Shown: in pieces, positions 38,708 through 52,085 of the stretch
How positions within the stretch are numbered: the first letter of the stretch is position 1
Layout: each line of letters starts with the position of its first letter
NCBI RefSeq assembly: GCF_964355755.1
Contig: NC_092677.1
Span: 1,510,101 to 1,574,100, forward strand
DNA: 64,000 nt
Source: Antedon mediterranea
Taxonomy: Eukaryota > Animalia > Echinodermata
Direction of reading: 5' to 3'
Program-made: the position numbers and the translations under genes
The notes under the pieces: model-generated
What the model was told of the DNA's origin: nothing
Databases searched by the model: none
Seen by the model: only the letters and a program-made list of their open reading frames with translations

Positions 38708-41700
38708 ATGGAGGAGAAATGTAAAGGTGCGATAGTTCTTCTGATTGTTCAACTTTGTGGTTGTAAGTATGAATATTGAAAATACCTGCAATGATGAATG
38801 ATGTAACCAATCCTAGATAAAAATGTATATTTTTGTAATCATGTTTGAATCGAAGTTGTTGCATTTAAAATGTAGCCTGGCAATTTCGGTTTTTTATTTG
38901 TTTTATAAATGCTTTTAAGTTTGCAATCTTTTTCGTTCATAATTATTTTTTAATAATCAACGTGAACAAATACTAGTTTGGATACAACTAGATTATTTAA
39001 ACACATTTGTTTTTATTTTCTTATTTGTTAAAGTTACAAATGGTCAAACTGAGCCTGTAGTCAATGTGCAAAATGCTACTGTTAAATTAGGTGAAGATTC
39101 TGTTATCACATGTGAATACACACTCATTGATTCAAGAACACTTCAGGCTGCTCAATGGTACAATAGCACATCAACAGGAGATAGGTTAAACCTTCTTGTT
39201 AATAGTGCTGAAACGAATCCAAATGGTAGATATGCAGTTGATACCACACAAACTGGTGTAGCCACTTTCACCATTGCAAACACAGTGCTGTCTGATGAGG
39301 GATATTATCTATGTAGAATTATTGATTCACCTGCTATTGAAACTGGTGAAGATTATGGAAAACTGACTGTTCAATGTTAGTACGAATTGTTATATCATTT
39401 AACAAGACCTATTCACAATTTAAAATAATCTTAATTATTATAATATTTACTTTAAGGTTTTAGGTTAGTCCAAAAAGCTTTGCAATATACCTTATCGTTT
39501 ATTTATTTATAGAACTTGTTTTGTATCTCCATTGAGATCCAGCCGGTGATACCCATTTTTTAGTAGTTTGCCTTTTGATTTATGTTTAAATTTAATATTT
39601 TCACATACCTGTTAATGTTCGCCAGTGGCTAACGAATAATAATCAATCAATTTAAATAGTATGCATAAGCAAGAAAATAAATAGATTTGAAAAAAGGCTA
39701 ACCAGTGAAGAGAGAAATTACTATTCTTTCCTGGGCTTTCAAACAAAAGCATTAATTAGGCTAATCAAAGAGAAGTTATCCCTATTGAGGGTACATTGTT
39801 TTCAATTAATATACTGATTGTTGATCAGGTTTCATAAAACCAAACACTTTTCATACAAAATGGAAGACCATTAAAAGTACAGTACCGTACAATAAGAAGA
39901 TAAAACAAGGTCCTGTATGATAAAAGTAACCTTTTTTGTTCTTTTGCCTTTACAGATCTTGAAAACCCAGTTCTGATTCCAACAGGATTGTCCGTTAACA
40001 CAACTGAAACTGTGACATTTACGTGCTCTGATCTTATTGGTATACTGACACCGATTACCATCACATGGATCAAAGATGACGTCATACTTGATTTGTCTGA
40101 TACACAAAAGTATCCAACTTCTGATGCAACATTAACGATTAATGACGTTGATGAAACAGATGAGGGAGTTTATCGCTGTAGAGCAGAGAATGCTGCTTAC
40201 AGTGGAACAGATGGAAAACTTAGTAATACTGCCAGACTGTCAATAGGTTGGTGGGAATACATTTGTTATAACTTGTTGATACAAATAAAATCGTATTTTA
40301 TTGGGATCATTCATAGTATACAGTAGGTATTTTTTTGTAGGACCAAAGAGCAGGTCATAATTATGAATGGAATATTCAAGTTCAATGTTATGTGGTAATG
40401 ACAATACACAACGAAAACTGAATGTTTTTAGTTAACTTTAATTATAACAAGGCCATAAATACATATCTGCAGTCGCGTGCTCAAATTTGAATTAGTGTTT
40501 GCCAACATTTAATGTTTACTGACCAACTGACCGACATAGTGAGCTATAGAAGAGTCGCATTGCACGCGACTAAAAAGCGTTTTTATAATATGAACGTTTG
40601 ACGTGTTTTACTAATATTGCTTGTTTCTCTATTCTTTTAGCATCAACGACAACTTCTTTTATATCCGGTAAGTCAACTACACGTAGGTTCTCTATGCTTG
40701 CATTGTATTTATTGTAAATTTCCGGATTTGTGCATTTTCGTTAAGCATATAAATGATATAAATGGGAGGGAATATCCCCCGCCTCACCACCATGATCTGT
40801 ATCACGCATTAAAAGGGACAATAATAATAAAATAATGACCTTTGTATATTTTTGTCAACACTACGTTATTGTAAACATGTTTATTGTTTTGTTTATTGGT
40901 ATATATATAAGTTGTTACAAAGATTCTAACTGGGTAATTACAATTACATTAAAATGCATATCCTTGGTGATGAATGAATTGAAGTTTGACCGAATTATTT
41001 CCATGCAAAAGACATATTCTAAGTGCAATTTCGGTGGTTTATGCTTTGTTTGATTATTATTGCCTAATTATTTTTATAATCTAAATAAACGTGAACATAT
41101 AATAATTTAATGGATAAAACATGACTAGCTGCTGGAGGGAATGAGCTCGTCAGACAGACCGGGACCACAGCATAGACAAGAAAGAAAGGAACAACTGGCT
41201 CCAGTTGGGAGAGGCCTTTGCCCAGCAGTACGACGATATGTGCTGAGGAAAGAAAGAAATATTAGCTGTACCATTCAGTTGGATGATGGGGTTTTGCTTA
41301 ATATTGTTAGTTTTATTTGTTTTTATTTTCTTTCAGCTACAAACGGTCAAACCTCTCCAGTAGTCAATATACAAGATGCTACTCTTAAATTAGGTGAGGA
41401 TGCTGTTATTAACTGTGATTACACACTCAGTGATACAAGAACTCTACAGGCTGCCCAATGGTATACTAGCACATCAACAGGAGATCAGTTAAACCCTATT
41501 GTTGATAGTGCTGGAACAAATCCAAATGGTAGATATACAGTTGATACCTCACAAACTGGTGTAGCTACTCTCACCATTGTAAACACAGTGTTGTCTGATG
41601 ATGGATACTATCTATGTAGAATTATTGATTCACCTGCTGCTGAAACTGGTGAAGATTATGGAAAAGTTACTGTTCAATGTAAGTATCGAAAATTGATAAG

Positions 41701-44195
41701 AAATATGAGAAAAACAAAATCCCATGCAAGATCATTAATTTATTTTGCCTTTACAAACTAGTTCTGAATTAAATAGAATTCTCTGTTAGTACAACAAAAA
41801 CGGAAACTTAGTAATACATCCACACTGTCGGTAGCTTGGTTGGAATAAACTGTTTATGCAATAATATCATTATTTATAGTTTATCCTGTAATGGAAATAA
41901 AGCACAGGTACACAGTGAAAACTGGAAATTTCAGTTTCAGGTATACTTATAATAATGAATGTTTTATTATCATTGCAATTGTTTATTTTCTATTTCTGTA
42001 GCATTATCGACAACTCCTTCTATATCCAGTAAGTCAACAACATGTAGGTTTTATTTGCTATTTGCATTTTTATTTACGGGTTTATGTTTTTTATGTCCGG
42101 GTTTTTGCATTTGTGTTAACCATATAAAGGATAGAAATGGGAAGGGATATCATCTGCCCCATCCCCATGATCTGTATCACGCCTTAAAAGGGACAATAAT
42201 GATGACCTTTGTATATTTTTGTCAACACTACGTTATTGTAAACATGTTTATTGTTTTGTTTATTGTTATACATATATAAATTGTACAAAGATTCTAACTG
42301 GGTAATTACAATTACATCAAAATGCATATCCTTGGTTATGAATGAATTGAAGTTTGACCGAATTGTTTCCATGCAAAAGACATATTCTAAGTGCAATTTC
42401 GGTGGTTTATGCTTTGTTTGATTATTATTGCCTAATTATTTTTATAATCTAAATAAACGTGAACATATAATAATTTAATGGATAAAACATGACTAGCAGC
42501 TGGAGGGAATGAGCTCGTCAGACAGACCGGGACCACAGCATAGACAAGAAAGAAAGGAACAACTGGCACCAGTTGGGAGAGGCCTTTGCCCAGCAGTACG
42601 ACGATATGTGCTGAGGAAAGAAAGAAATATTAGCTGGACCATTCAGTTGGATGATGGGGTTTTGCTTAATATTGTTAGTTTTATTTGTTTTTATTTTCTT
42701 TTAGTTACACACGGTCAAACCTCTCCAGTAGTCAATATACAAGATGCTACTCTTAAATTAGGTGAGGATGCTGTTATTAACTGTGATTACACACTCAGTG
42801 ATACAAGAACTCTACAGGCTGCTCAATGGTACAATAGCACATCAACAGGAGATGAGTTAAACCAACTTGTTAATAGTGCTGGCACAAATCCAAATGGTAG
42901 ATATACAGTTTATACCACACAAACTGGTGTGGTTACTCTCACCATTGTAAACACAGTGTTAGAAGATGATGGATACTATCTATGTAGAATTATTGATTCA
43001 CCTGCTGCTGAAACTGGTGAAGATTATGGAAAAGTTACTGTTCAACGTAAGTATCGAAAATTGATAAGAAGTATGAGAAAAATAAAATCCCATGCAAGAT
43101 CATTAATTTATTTTGCCTTTACAAACTAGTTCTGAATCAAATAGAATTCTCTGTTAGAACAACAACAACAAAAACGGAAACTTAGTAATACGTCCATACT
43201 GTCGGTGGTAGGTTGGTTGGAATAAACTATTTATGCAATAATATCATTGTTTATAGTGTATCTTGTAATGGAAATAAAGCACAGGTACACAGTGAAAACT
43301 GGAGGTTTCAGTTTTAGTTATAACAGGTATATTTATAATAATGAATGTTTTATATCATTGCAATTGTGTTTTTTCTATTTCTGTAGCATTAACGACAACT
43401 TCTTCTATATCCAGTAAGTCAACAACATGTAGGTTTTGTTTTTTATTTACGTAAATTTCAGGGTTTTTTTTCATTTGTGTTAAGCATAAGGATAGAAATG
43501 GGAGGGGATATCCCAAGCCCCATGATCTGTATCAGGCCTTAAAAGGGACAATAATGATGACCTTTGTTTATTTTTGTCAACAGTGCATTATTGTAAACAT
43601 GTTTAAAACACATGGTAACACTAATCCTTCTGTATTTTTCAGTTTTAAATACAGAAGTTCCAAAGAGTGAGAGCGTATGCAATTCAACACGTCTTGTTGT
43701 TGGAATGACGTTTGTTGGTGTGCTCATTGGATTCATTATCTGTTTGATTGTGGGTTTTATTATCAGCAATATAAGGAAGTCAAAGTCAAAGGTGAAGTAT
43801 AATTTAGAAAGTTGACCCAACAGCAAGAGTATAGGAATAAAATGACCAAATGAAATACCGCCTACTTTTGGTAATGGAAACGTATTTTAACATTTAATAT
43901 GATGTTTTATTTTAAAGGCACCTACATCGAAAAACGCCAACCAATCAGGGGTAAGGATGCTATACTTTAATTATTCACTTTATTCATCATCATCATCATT
44001 ATTATTTTTACTATTGTCACCAATATATTATCAATAAAGGTTTACACTCTTTTCATTCTTCTTTTTTCATGCAATAAACTCTATATTATTTTTGTACAGG
44101 CGTATATGACTTATACTGGGGAGACAGATAGCCACGCATATCAAGATTTACAGAAGAAAGACGATAATCAAGCTGTATATGTAAATGTTGAATAA
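38708..44195 (+). CDS. Ig-superfamily receptor unit 9: fused multi-V gene (leader-V-I-stalk-V-stalk-V-stalk-TM-cyt)
   Basis: Exons 38708-38762 (MEEKCKGAIVLLIVQLCG), 39034-39375 (V, class B), 39956-40246 (I-set), 40641-40667, 41337-41678 (V), 42002-42028, 42705-43046 (V), 43387-43413, 43643-43791 (TM), 43918-43949 (32 nt), 44100-44195 (tail). There is only one leader and one TM exon in the interval. Confidence 0.65.
40446..40574 (-). mobile_element. Short HINE/DINE-1-like element
   Basis: Same sub-TIR pair (agtcgcgtg / cacgcgact) and ggccttgtt end as 26848-27654, but internally much shorter. Confidence 0.6.
40750..43490 (+). repeat. Direct tandem duplication, period 1368 bp (V exon + deleted I-set remnant + stalk)
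   Basis: ORFs 41141 and 42509 are near-identical and offset by 1368 bp. Each copy carries a short RTE-like LINE 3' end (LGEAFAQQ-encoding, about 41125-41258 and 42493-42626). Confidence 0.85.
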
Positions 44196-44220
44196 AAAAG
44201 GACAACAAATATATAATATA

Positions 44221-44817
44221 ACTAGAGGGTACTCCGAGAGTACAAACCTCCGCCTACTGTAAAATTCCCCTACATAAAATGTCCCCGGAAAATATATGTA
44301 TATATATTTTTTCATTTTTTTTATTAGTTCTAAATGTAAATAGGCTAACTGCACACTACAAAGTTGTGGATGAGAGTTGGTGTAATGGTTATGTATCCAG
44401 CCTCTCACAGTTTAGATCGCTGGTTCAAGTCCCGCTGAGGTTTTTCTTTTTTTTATTATTTTTTTATTTTTTTTTTTTTGTGGACCTTGATCTTTGACCC
44501 TGACCCTTCAAAATTTAACCACAATTATATGATGAGTCATTGATCATTGTGGCTAAGTTTGGTGAGAATCGGATAAAAAATGTGGTCTCTAGGTAGTAAA
44601 ATTTTTTTTTTTTTAGTTGTGACCTTGACCTATAATCTTTTCTCCTCAAATTCGAACTCGTCTGAGTTTTGAGGCATAGATCATTGTGTCTAAATTTGGT
44701 GAGAATCGGCTAAAAACTGTGGCCTCCAGGCTGTTCACAGACACACACACACCCATACACCCCAACACCCACACACATACAAGGGTGAAAACATAACCTC
44801 CTTGGCGGAGGTAATAA
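44221..44817 (-). mobile_element. Second HINE/Helentron-like family element, containing a tRNA-derived SINE-like segment
   Basis: The minus strand starts ttattacctccgccaaggaggttatg, has a (TG)n-like tract, and ends ggcggaggt + hairpin gtactctcggagtac + ctagt (sub-TIRs acctccgcc/ggcggaggt). A-box-like tggtgtaatgg and B-box-like ggttcaagtcc lie at about 44378-44432. Confidence 0.65.
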
Positions 44818-45481
44818 TTAAATTTAATTAAGCAAATCATATAAATACCGTTTGTCCTTCCTGTCGTCCTTGTCGTGTTTGTATTGTCGTACATGTCTGT
44901 CCCTGTCTGTCAGTAGCTAACCTTCACCTTATGCTTATTATTATTATTTTTAACTGTTTTATTCTTTCTGGTGGATCCAGGCTTAAAGCCCCTTGGGGTT
45001 TAAATGGTATTCTCCAGGCATAATTCAACTATTATTTACTTAATTTCCAACCATTTGTATCTATTATATTTTTGTATGTGTTTGCATTATGTGAATAAAT
45101 TTGAACTTGAACTTGATTGAAACAAGTTGGAAGGGTAGTTTTGTGATTTTGGGGAGCGGTGGTTGTCGAATTGGTCGAAGGGAATTGGGATGTTATGTCT
45201 ACATTTAGATACCTTAGGAATTAGTTTAGCTGGTACTATCAATATGTACTGGCCCATACTGGTCAAAAATTAGGGTTAACATAAACAGTTCCAAAACAAC
45301 GCGGTCACAGTCGGTAAAAATGACAATTTTAGTTGAGACGTGTTCGTGTTAGCTTACCAGAGGGCGCTCTTAATTCCTAATCCAGATCAAGGAATTTAAC
45401 AGTCCTTTGTCAGACTCCAGTGTGGATCATACAGGGCGTTAATACTATTTTTGCTTATTGAGTACTCCGCCGTTATAAATA

Positions 45482-48197
45482 ATGATCGGTTGCTTGCTGC
45501 CATTCTTTCTTTCACAATTTAGTAAGTATACTGAACCATCATATTATATTCACTAGCAGGCCTACATACTATTGAAAACAGTAGGTGCAGAATCAATTAA
45601 ATGTAAGGAGAATGGGACTACTCGTGTGAAATGTGCGGGGTACGATTGAGAGTAGGATTTATTTAAATCTTTGTAAGTTTCTCTTATCGAGTATGTTTGT
45701 TAATTATTACATAATTGCACTTAAGCCTCAGCGTACAAAATCAAAACTATCTCAAAAGTTACTTCTGACATAAGATTGAGATATTTAATGCACGAATCAC
45801 TTATAGCCAGCTATTCCATTTTGGTATTTTCTGAACAGTGACATAAACGTTTTAAAAAAATTACTTTCTTCAGTATATCCCTAATATCTATCTATACAAA
45901 AAAATTAGTACTTTCAGATACAATTGCAGAAACACCAGTGACAGTGGATACTGCAACAGCCAATGAGTTTAACAATGTAACAATGATGTGCACTCCATCA
46001 TTTCTGCAAGGAGATTCATTGGTTCAACTAATTTGGACAAAAGCTGATGAGAATGGTAATCAAGTAGGAACTGCTCTTGTCACTTCTACAGGACTAGCAA
46101 CCAATGGTCGGTTCATTTTATCCAATAATAATCTTATAATAACTGATGTTGAAAGAGGTGATGCAGACAACTATCGTTGTGCTATTAGCACCAGTTTAGG
46201 AAATCCTGGTGAAGACTTTGCAGAACTCACAGTCAATTGTGAGTAACATTTTGATGAATTTTCAAAATTTGCATTTATTTTTTCTTACAGTTAGTGGAGC
46301 ACTGTGGTGTGTAAAAAGTACTAGGAAGGTAAATCAGACTCGTTTTTGCGGGAGAAGTGGCGTACCCCCTACAAACATACACACTTAGTGGAGTCTGGCC
46401 CAAACGCTAAAAAATGGAGATGGGCACCACGGCCGTTAGCATTAGCTTTGGTTTCGACTTTATTTTTACCTTTTTTACCCTTTCTTACAGTAATACAGTA
46501 AATCTTTTAATAATAATGTTTCTGCACATGTAAATTGCCTGAGTTTTAGCAGAAACATTTTTTCAAACATTTTGAAATTTGCATTGTTGATATTGAAAAT
46601 AAGATAAAAAAATAACAATAATAAAATAATTAAAAACAAGATGTTTTCTGCAAAAAATAAATGATTATCTAATATTTTATGAAAATAGTTACTGAACATG
46701 TAAGGTAATTGCATTTCATAATTAGATATACTTTAACATTGTTAAATATAAATTTTCCATACATAGATCTTGACAAACCAGCTGTAAGTCCAACAAAGTT
46801 GTCTGTCAATATAGATGAAACTGTGCCATTTACATGTTCTCCACTCAATGGTTTGCCAACACCAATTACAATCAGATGGATCAAAGATGGCGAAGAATGT
46901 ATTGTGTCCGATACAGACAAGTATCCAACTTCCGATGCAACATTAAGTATTACTAATGTAAATGATACAGATGCTGGGGATTATTGGTGTGTAGTAGAGA
47001 ATGCTGCTTACAGAAGAAGGAAAACGTAGTGAGCCTGCCACACTCATAGTGGGTTGTAAGTACAAATTAATAATATTTGATTATTTCTACTATATTATAA
47101 AATATTAAAAATCATGTATTTAGTTTACTAAAATAATTATTATTTGTTTTTTTATTATGATGCAGACGTTTTATAATATGAACGCATGCTAAATTTTGAT
47201 AATAATTCTTTTTTTTTTATTTTTTAGCATTGACGACTACTTCTATATCCAGTAAGTCCACTATAAGTACGTTGCATTGTATTATTGTAAATTTTCGGGT
47301 TTGAACGAAATAAAAGTGGAAAAAACCCACAAAAGAAAAAAAAAATCCGTGCTTCGTTCCGAATTAGACAAGCATGAAAATGTTTGTTTTGCTGCGAAAC
47401 GATGCCAAAGGTTTCTTGATTTTGTTTTCTTAAAACCAATCATGTGGCATGAGTACCGAACAGCGACAATTAGTCAAAGAGGACACCAGGTCAGTTGCGA
47501 GAAGCCAAACAAAGAAAATATATACATATGGGTTCCCTGGATCTGTGTCTGCGCTCTGCATGTATCACTAATACACTTTATTATATTTTCATACAATTAT
47601 AAAAACACTGATACAGTACTCTAATAATTGTTTTAAGTACAGAAGTTCCAAAGAGCGTGTGTAATTCAACTGGTCTTGTTGTTGGAATGACGTTTGTTGG
47701 TGTGCTCATTGGATTGGATTCTTATGGGTTTTATTATCATCAGAAAAATAAGGAAGTCACATGCACAGGTAAAGTATAATTCAGAAAGTAGAACCAAAAG
47801 CAAAAGTGTATACTTAAAATGACCAAAGGTTTAATGAAATACCGCACACTTAAGTAATGAAAAATATTTTAACATTAAATATGATATTTTATTTTAAAGG
47901 TACCGACATCGAAAAACACCAACCAATCAGGGGTAAGGATGTTACTTCAACTTTAATTATTCAATTTCACTCGTCGTCGTCGTCACTATTGTCACCAATA
48001 TATCAATAAAGTTTACACGATTTTTATTCTTCTTTTTGCATGCACTAAACTTTTGTAATTTTTTTAGCAGCAAGGGTATATGACTTATGTTGGGGAGACA
48101 GATAAAGAAACAAAGCATACATACCAAGATTTACAGAAGAAAGACGGTAATCAAGCTGTATATGTAAATGTTAAAGCCAAAAAAGACAAAAAAATAA
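45482..48197 (+). pseudogene. Ig-receptor unit 10 (V class A), pseudogene or truncated secreted form
   Basis: Candidate leader 45482-45521 (MIGCLLPFFLSQF) and an intact V at 45918-46238. The I-set exon from 46767 has a 5-nt deletion giving a stop at 47029. The TM exon is frameshifted. The tail exon starts at 48068. Confidence 0.7.
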
Positions 48198-48233
48198 TAT
48201 ACATGTTTAAAATAAAAATAAAATATATATATT

Positions 48234-48266
<33 letters not shown>

Positions 48267-49202
48267 CATTGGTTTGAAACTACAATCACATACCTCTTGT
48301 TGATTTTGTTATAAAAATATAGAGAAATCAAAACATTGAGAAAGTGTTTTCTTTCTCTTGATTTAACTCTTTAACGCGTACAAAATGAAAACAAAGAAAT
48401 GTGAATGCTGCAATTTGTATCATCATTAACACAAAAACCCCTATATGTACCTATAGTGACATAATATACCAATGGTATAGCAACATGTGATGTGTAAAGA
48501 TATATGAAAACCATAGGCATACTTGAAAAATGTAAAAACAACGATACATTTATTAAAATTGTATTTCTTGTTTTTATTTGTTGGAATTAAACCTTGCTTG
48601 CATTACACAAACTTTGATTCGTTACTTTGAAATGTATTAGTACATTGACATAATAAATGACTATACCAGGAAAATAAATAAGACAATCAATGCTTTTAAC
48701 ACCAATACGCGTGTAATTTATATTATCGAGATGTGCATTTGGTTGCTTGCTGCCATATTTCTCAAAGAGTTGAGTAATGTTCAAATTTGAAACAGAAAAA
48801 TTAAATTATAGGCCTAGGGAAAAAATAAATTATAGGGACAAATTGGACCAAGGTTTTAAAATTGGGTGCGATTGAGGTTCATTTCTTTTTAAGAAAGACC
48901 ATCAAGAAAGTTTGCACTGTTTGAACGCATTGTATAAATAAGGCCTAAAACCATGTCTTTAAATAATGGTTACTAATTGAAAAGATTAATTTGATCAACT
49001 TGATTTGGACGGAAGTACAGTGCACTATAATTATGAAGAAAGTAAATACAATATATCACAAGTGTGAATGGCAATCATAACAAAGACAGGAACAATCAAT
49101 ATTTCAGTATACGATGTTAGAGTGTGGTAGAGTACAAGACAATAGTGAAATAGTCATCACCTAATAAAGTGGAAAAGATTTCCATATTCTATAGAATTGC
49201 GA

Positions 49203-49492
49203 TAGAGGCGAAAGTTCAGGGGTAAAGATGTTACTTCAACTCTAATTATTCAATTTCACTCATCATAATTATTATTATTATTATCATTGTCACCAATATA
49301 TCAATAAAGGTTTACACGATAATTCTTTTTTTTGCATGCACTAAACTGTTGTATTATTTTTATCAGCAGGCGTATATGACTTATACTGGAGAGACAGATA
49401 AAGAAACAACCCACACATACCAAGATTTACAGAAGAAAGACGATAATCAAGCTGTATATGTAAATGTTAAAGCAAAGAAGGACAACAAATAG
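49203..49492 (+). pseudogene. Orphan tail exon (unit 11 deletion remnant)
   Basis: The leader remnant is joined directly to the end of the cytoplasmic microexon (gcgaaagt|tcaggggtaaag). Tail exon 49367-49492 is still open. Confidence 0.7.
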
Positions 49493-51626
49493 GCCTAATA
49501 TACATGTTTAAAATAAAAACAAAATAAGTATATTATTATATTAATAGAATCATTGAAATGGTTTGAAACTACAATCACATACCTCTTGTTGATTTTATTA
49601 TAGAAATAACGAGAAATCATAACCTAGAGAAAGTCTTTTATTTTATTTTCTTTAATAAAAATGAAATTTAAATGCTGCAATGTATTATCATTAACAACAC
49701 AACCTATAATAAGAGTAAAGATCAAATGTGTAATGTAAAAATGAAAACCATAAATATACTTGCAAAATATAAAAATAAGATTAATAAAATTGTATTTCTT
49801 GCTTTGATTAAAAATAATATATCAAGAAGTACCACAATCAGTCCACACTCATAATATAACAGTAACAATCAATAGGTACAGTATACAACACGTTATACAA
49901 ATTAGAGTATGGTAGAGAACACTGTACCTTAGGATGCGGAAGTTAAAGATTTCCTGTTCATACTAATTCGCACCCATACATTTTTTGGCCGCAAGAAACA
50001 ATCGCAGGTAGTTAATTTCTCTGGACATTTACCGGCAAAAAGTAAGTTGTACATACTTTTAGATGCAAGATTTTTTATCAAATTATTTTCAATTGTTTTA
50101 CTGAATGTTTGGATAGTTTAAATAATTCGGGATAAACGAACAATAAGCCTACGTTACAGCATGATCTAGAGGAAGTAACAATTGCTATATCAAAATGTAC
50201 AATTCACATTCCTGACACTGTATAGGAAAAATGAATATTTTACGTGAGGTAATTTCCCGACTGTAAAATCAACGATGGGTATGATCAACTTTCCTCATTC
50301 ACATCCTTTTAGAAAGATATAACTGATAAAGAAAGCCTTTAGTGTGATAATGAGTAACTGTTATGACCCTGTATAAGCCAAATTATGATGGGTTGAATAA
50401 TTGCATTCATATTGAAATTCATTCAATACATTATTAAACGTATAATCATACATAACGAAACATTTAATAACGTTATGAATTTCAACAAATAATTTTACAA
50501 AGAGTATAGATATGGAAGAAAAGCAAACATGGACAGAAAATATTGTACAATTTTAATATAACTAATTTTACATCACAATCTAGCCCATATACAAAGATTA
50601 TTATAATAAGACATAAGACATAAGAAAAACTTTACTTGATGAGTGTCGCCATAACAATTATTGTTTATCGAAAGTTGAAGACTGTCGTTCAGATTTTAAA
50701 AATAAGACGCATACGGATCACAACTTTTGAACAGTTTGGACACTTTTGTGAAATTAAAATTTTACACGATATGACTTAAATGAAAAAAACAATCGTTACA
50801 TAAAATCAAACAACATAACATGATGAGTGTATACACGAATCTAATTCGATACGCTAGGCCTATTATAACAAATTTAAATAATGGATTACTAGGCCTATAA
50901 TATAGCATAATAGCGCGTTAAAATATGCCTCGCACCTTTTTGAAATTGTAAACTATTATGCCTCGCACTTTTGTAAATGATAAAATGATGCCTTGCACAC
51001 ATATTTAGCGTGCCCCGCTTACCTCGCTGCTTTCGCACTTTTGTCAACACTCTTCTAATAGTAACCCACACTAAAAAGAATAATAATCCAGGGTTACAAT
51101 TAGAAGATTTACGGTATGTGGGTGGGGTTCTGCCAGGCACACAAAACATTAGAATAGCATATCTCTGGAACCAGGAAGTAGTTAAAGTTTCTATAAAATG
51201 CCACAATTATGAACATTGATTTAATGTAGCAAAAGAAATAACCTACAGTGTATTAGGCCTATAAATAGAATGACTATTTTTTAAGCATAAATTGTACAGT
51301 TTATGCCTAATTGAGTTTTTTTTAATGAATTCAAAGCATTTTTTACTCATGGGTAAGTATGCTAGCTTAATACCAACGATTGTCCCCGCCCTTCTGTTCT
51401 TTAGTTCAGCATTTTTTCTTATGTTCATTTTTCATCTTCTTATTCTGTAAAAGTGGGTGGGGTTCTGTCAATTAGGTCATAGTTCAGGAACCAAGAGTTA
51501 GTTATCTCTAAAATGCCATGATTACGAACATTGATGAAGGTACCAAATCAAGAAATAAAGTGTAGTAACAATGGCTAGATAAGAATGACTAAAGCGTACA
51601 TTTTGATGTTCATGCCTAATTAAATT

Positions 51627-51745
51627 TTTAGTCGCGTGGTCGCGACTCTATAGTTCACTATATCGGTCGGTCTGTAGGTCTGTCTGTCTGTCGGTCCGGT
51701 ACCACTATGCGTTTTAGCACACGACTTAATGGCTGTTGGCCTTGT
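51627..51745 (+). mobile_element. Minimal HINE/DINE-1-like element
   Basis: Same termini as 26848-27654, inserted in a T-run. The empty site is visible in the adjacent duplicated segment at about 51315. Confidence 0.7.
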
Positions 51746-52085
51746 TTTTTAAAGAATTCAAAGCATTTGTTAATATAGACTGCCGAGTGTCTCAATAAAT
51801 AAATTCCAAATATTCAAAATATGTCTATTATACTTTTCAACTAAATTAAAGAAAAAATAAGAAGTAAAGAAATTAATAAATGTTTTAAATTCAAAAGTTA
51901 AAACTTAACAATCTATGTCATGCGTCTTTTTCCCAAGATTTTACTAACAAAACCAAGTGTCACATCACTCTTGTACTGTATATACAGTCAAACATTATAT
52001 ATTAACAATCCATGTTGTACACAGGTGTCCAACAATTATTTTTCTTTATTCCCCAGATTTATTTACTAAATTACCAAAGTGAATA

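Noticed and set aside
41141-41336. N-terminal extension MSSSDRPGPQ... of ORFs 41141 and 42509 as a single-exon gene
   Set aside because: The ATG lies within a LINE 3'-end fragment and the hydrophobic stretch is the polypyrimidine tract. A canonical acceptor sits at 41336 and 42704.
44373-44436. tRNA gene
   Set aside because: A/B-box-like motifs are present but there is no convincing cloverleaf, and it is embedded in a mobile element. Treated as SINE-like.
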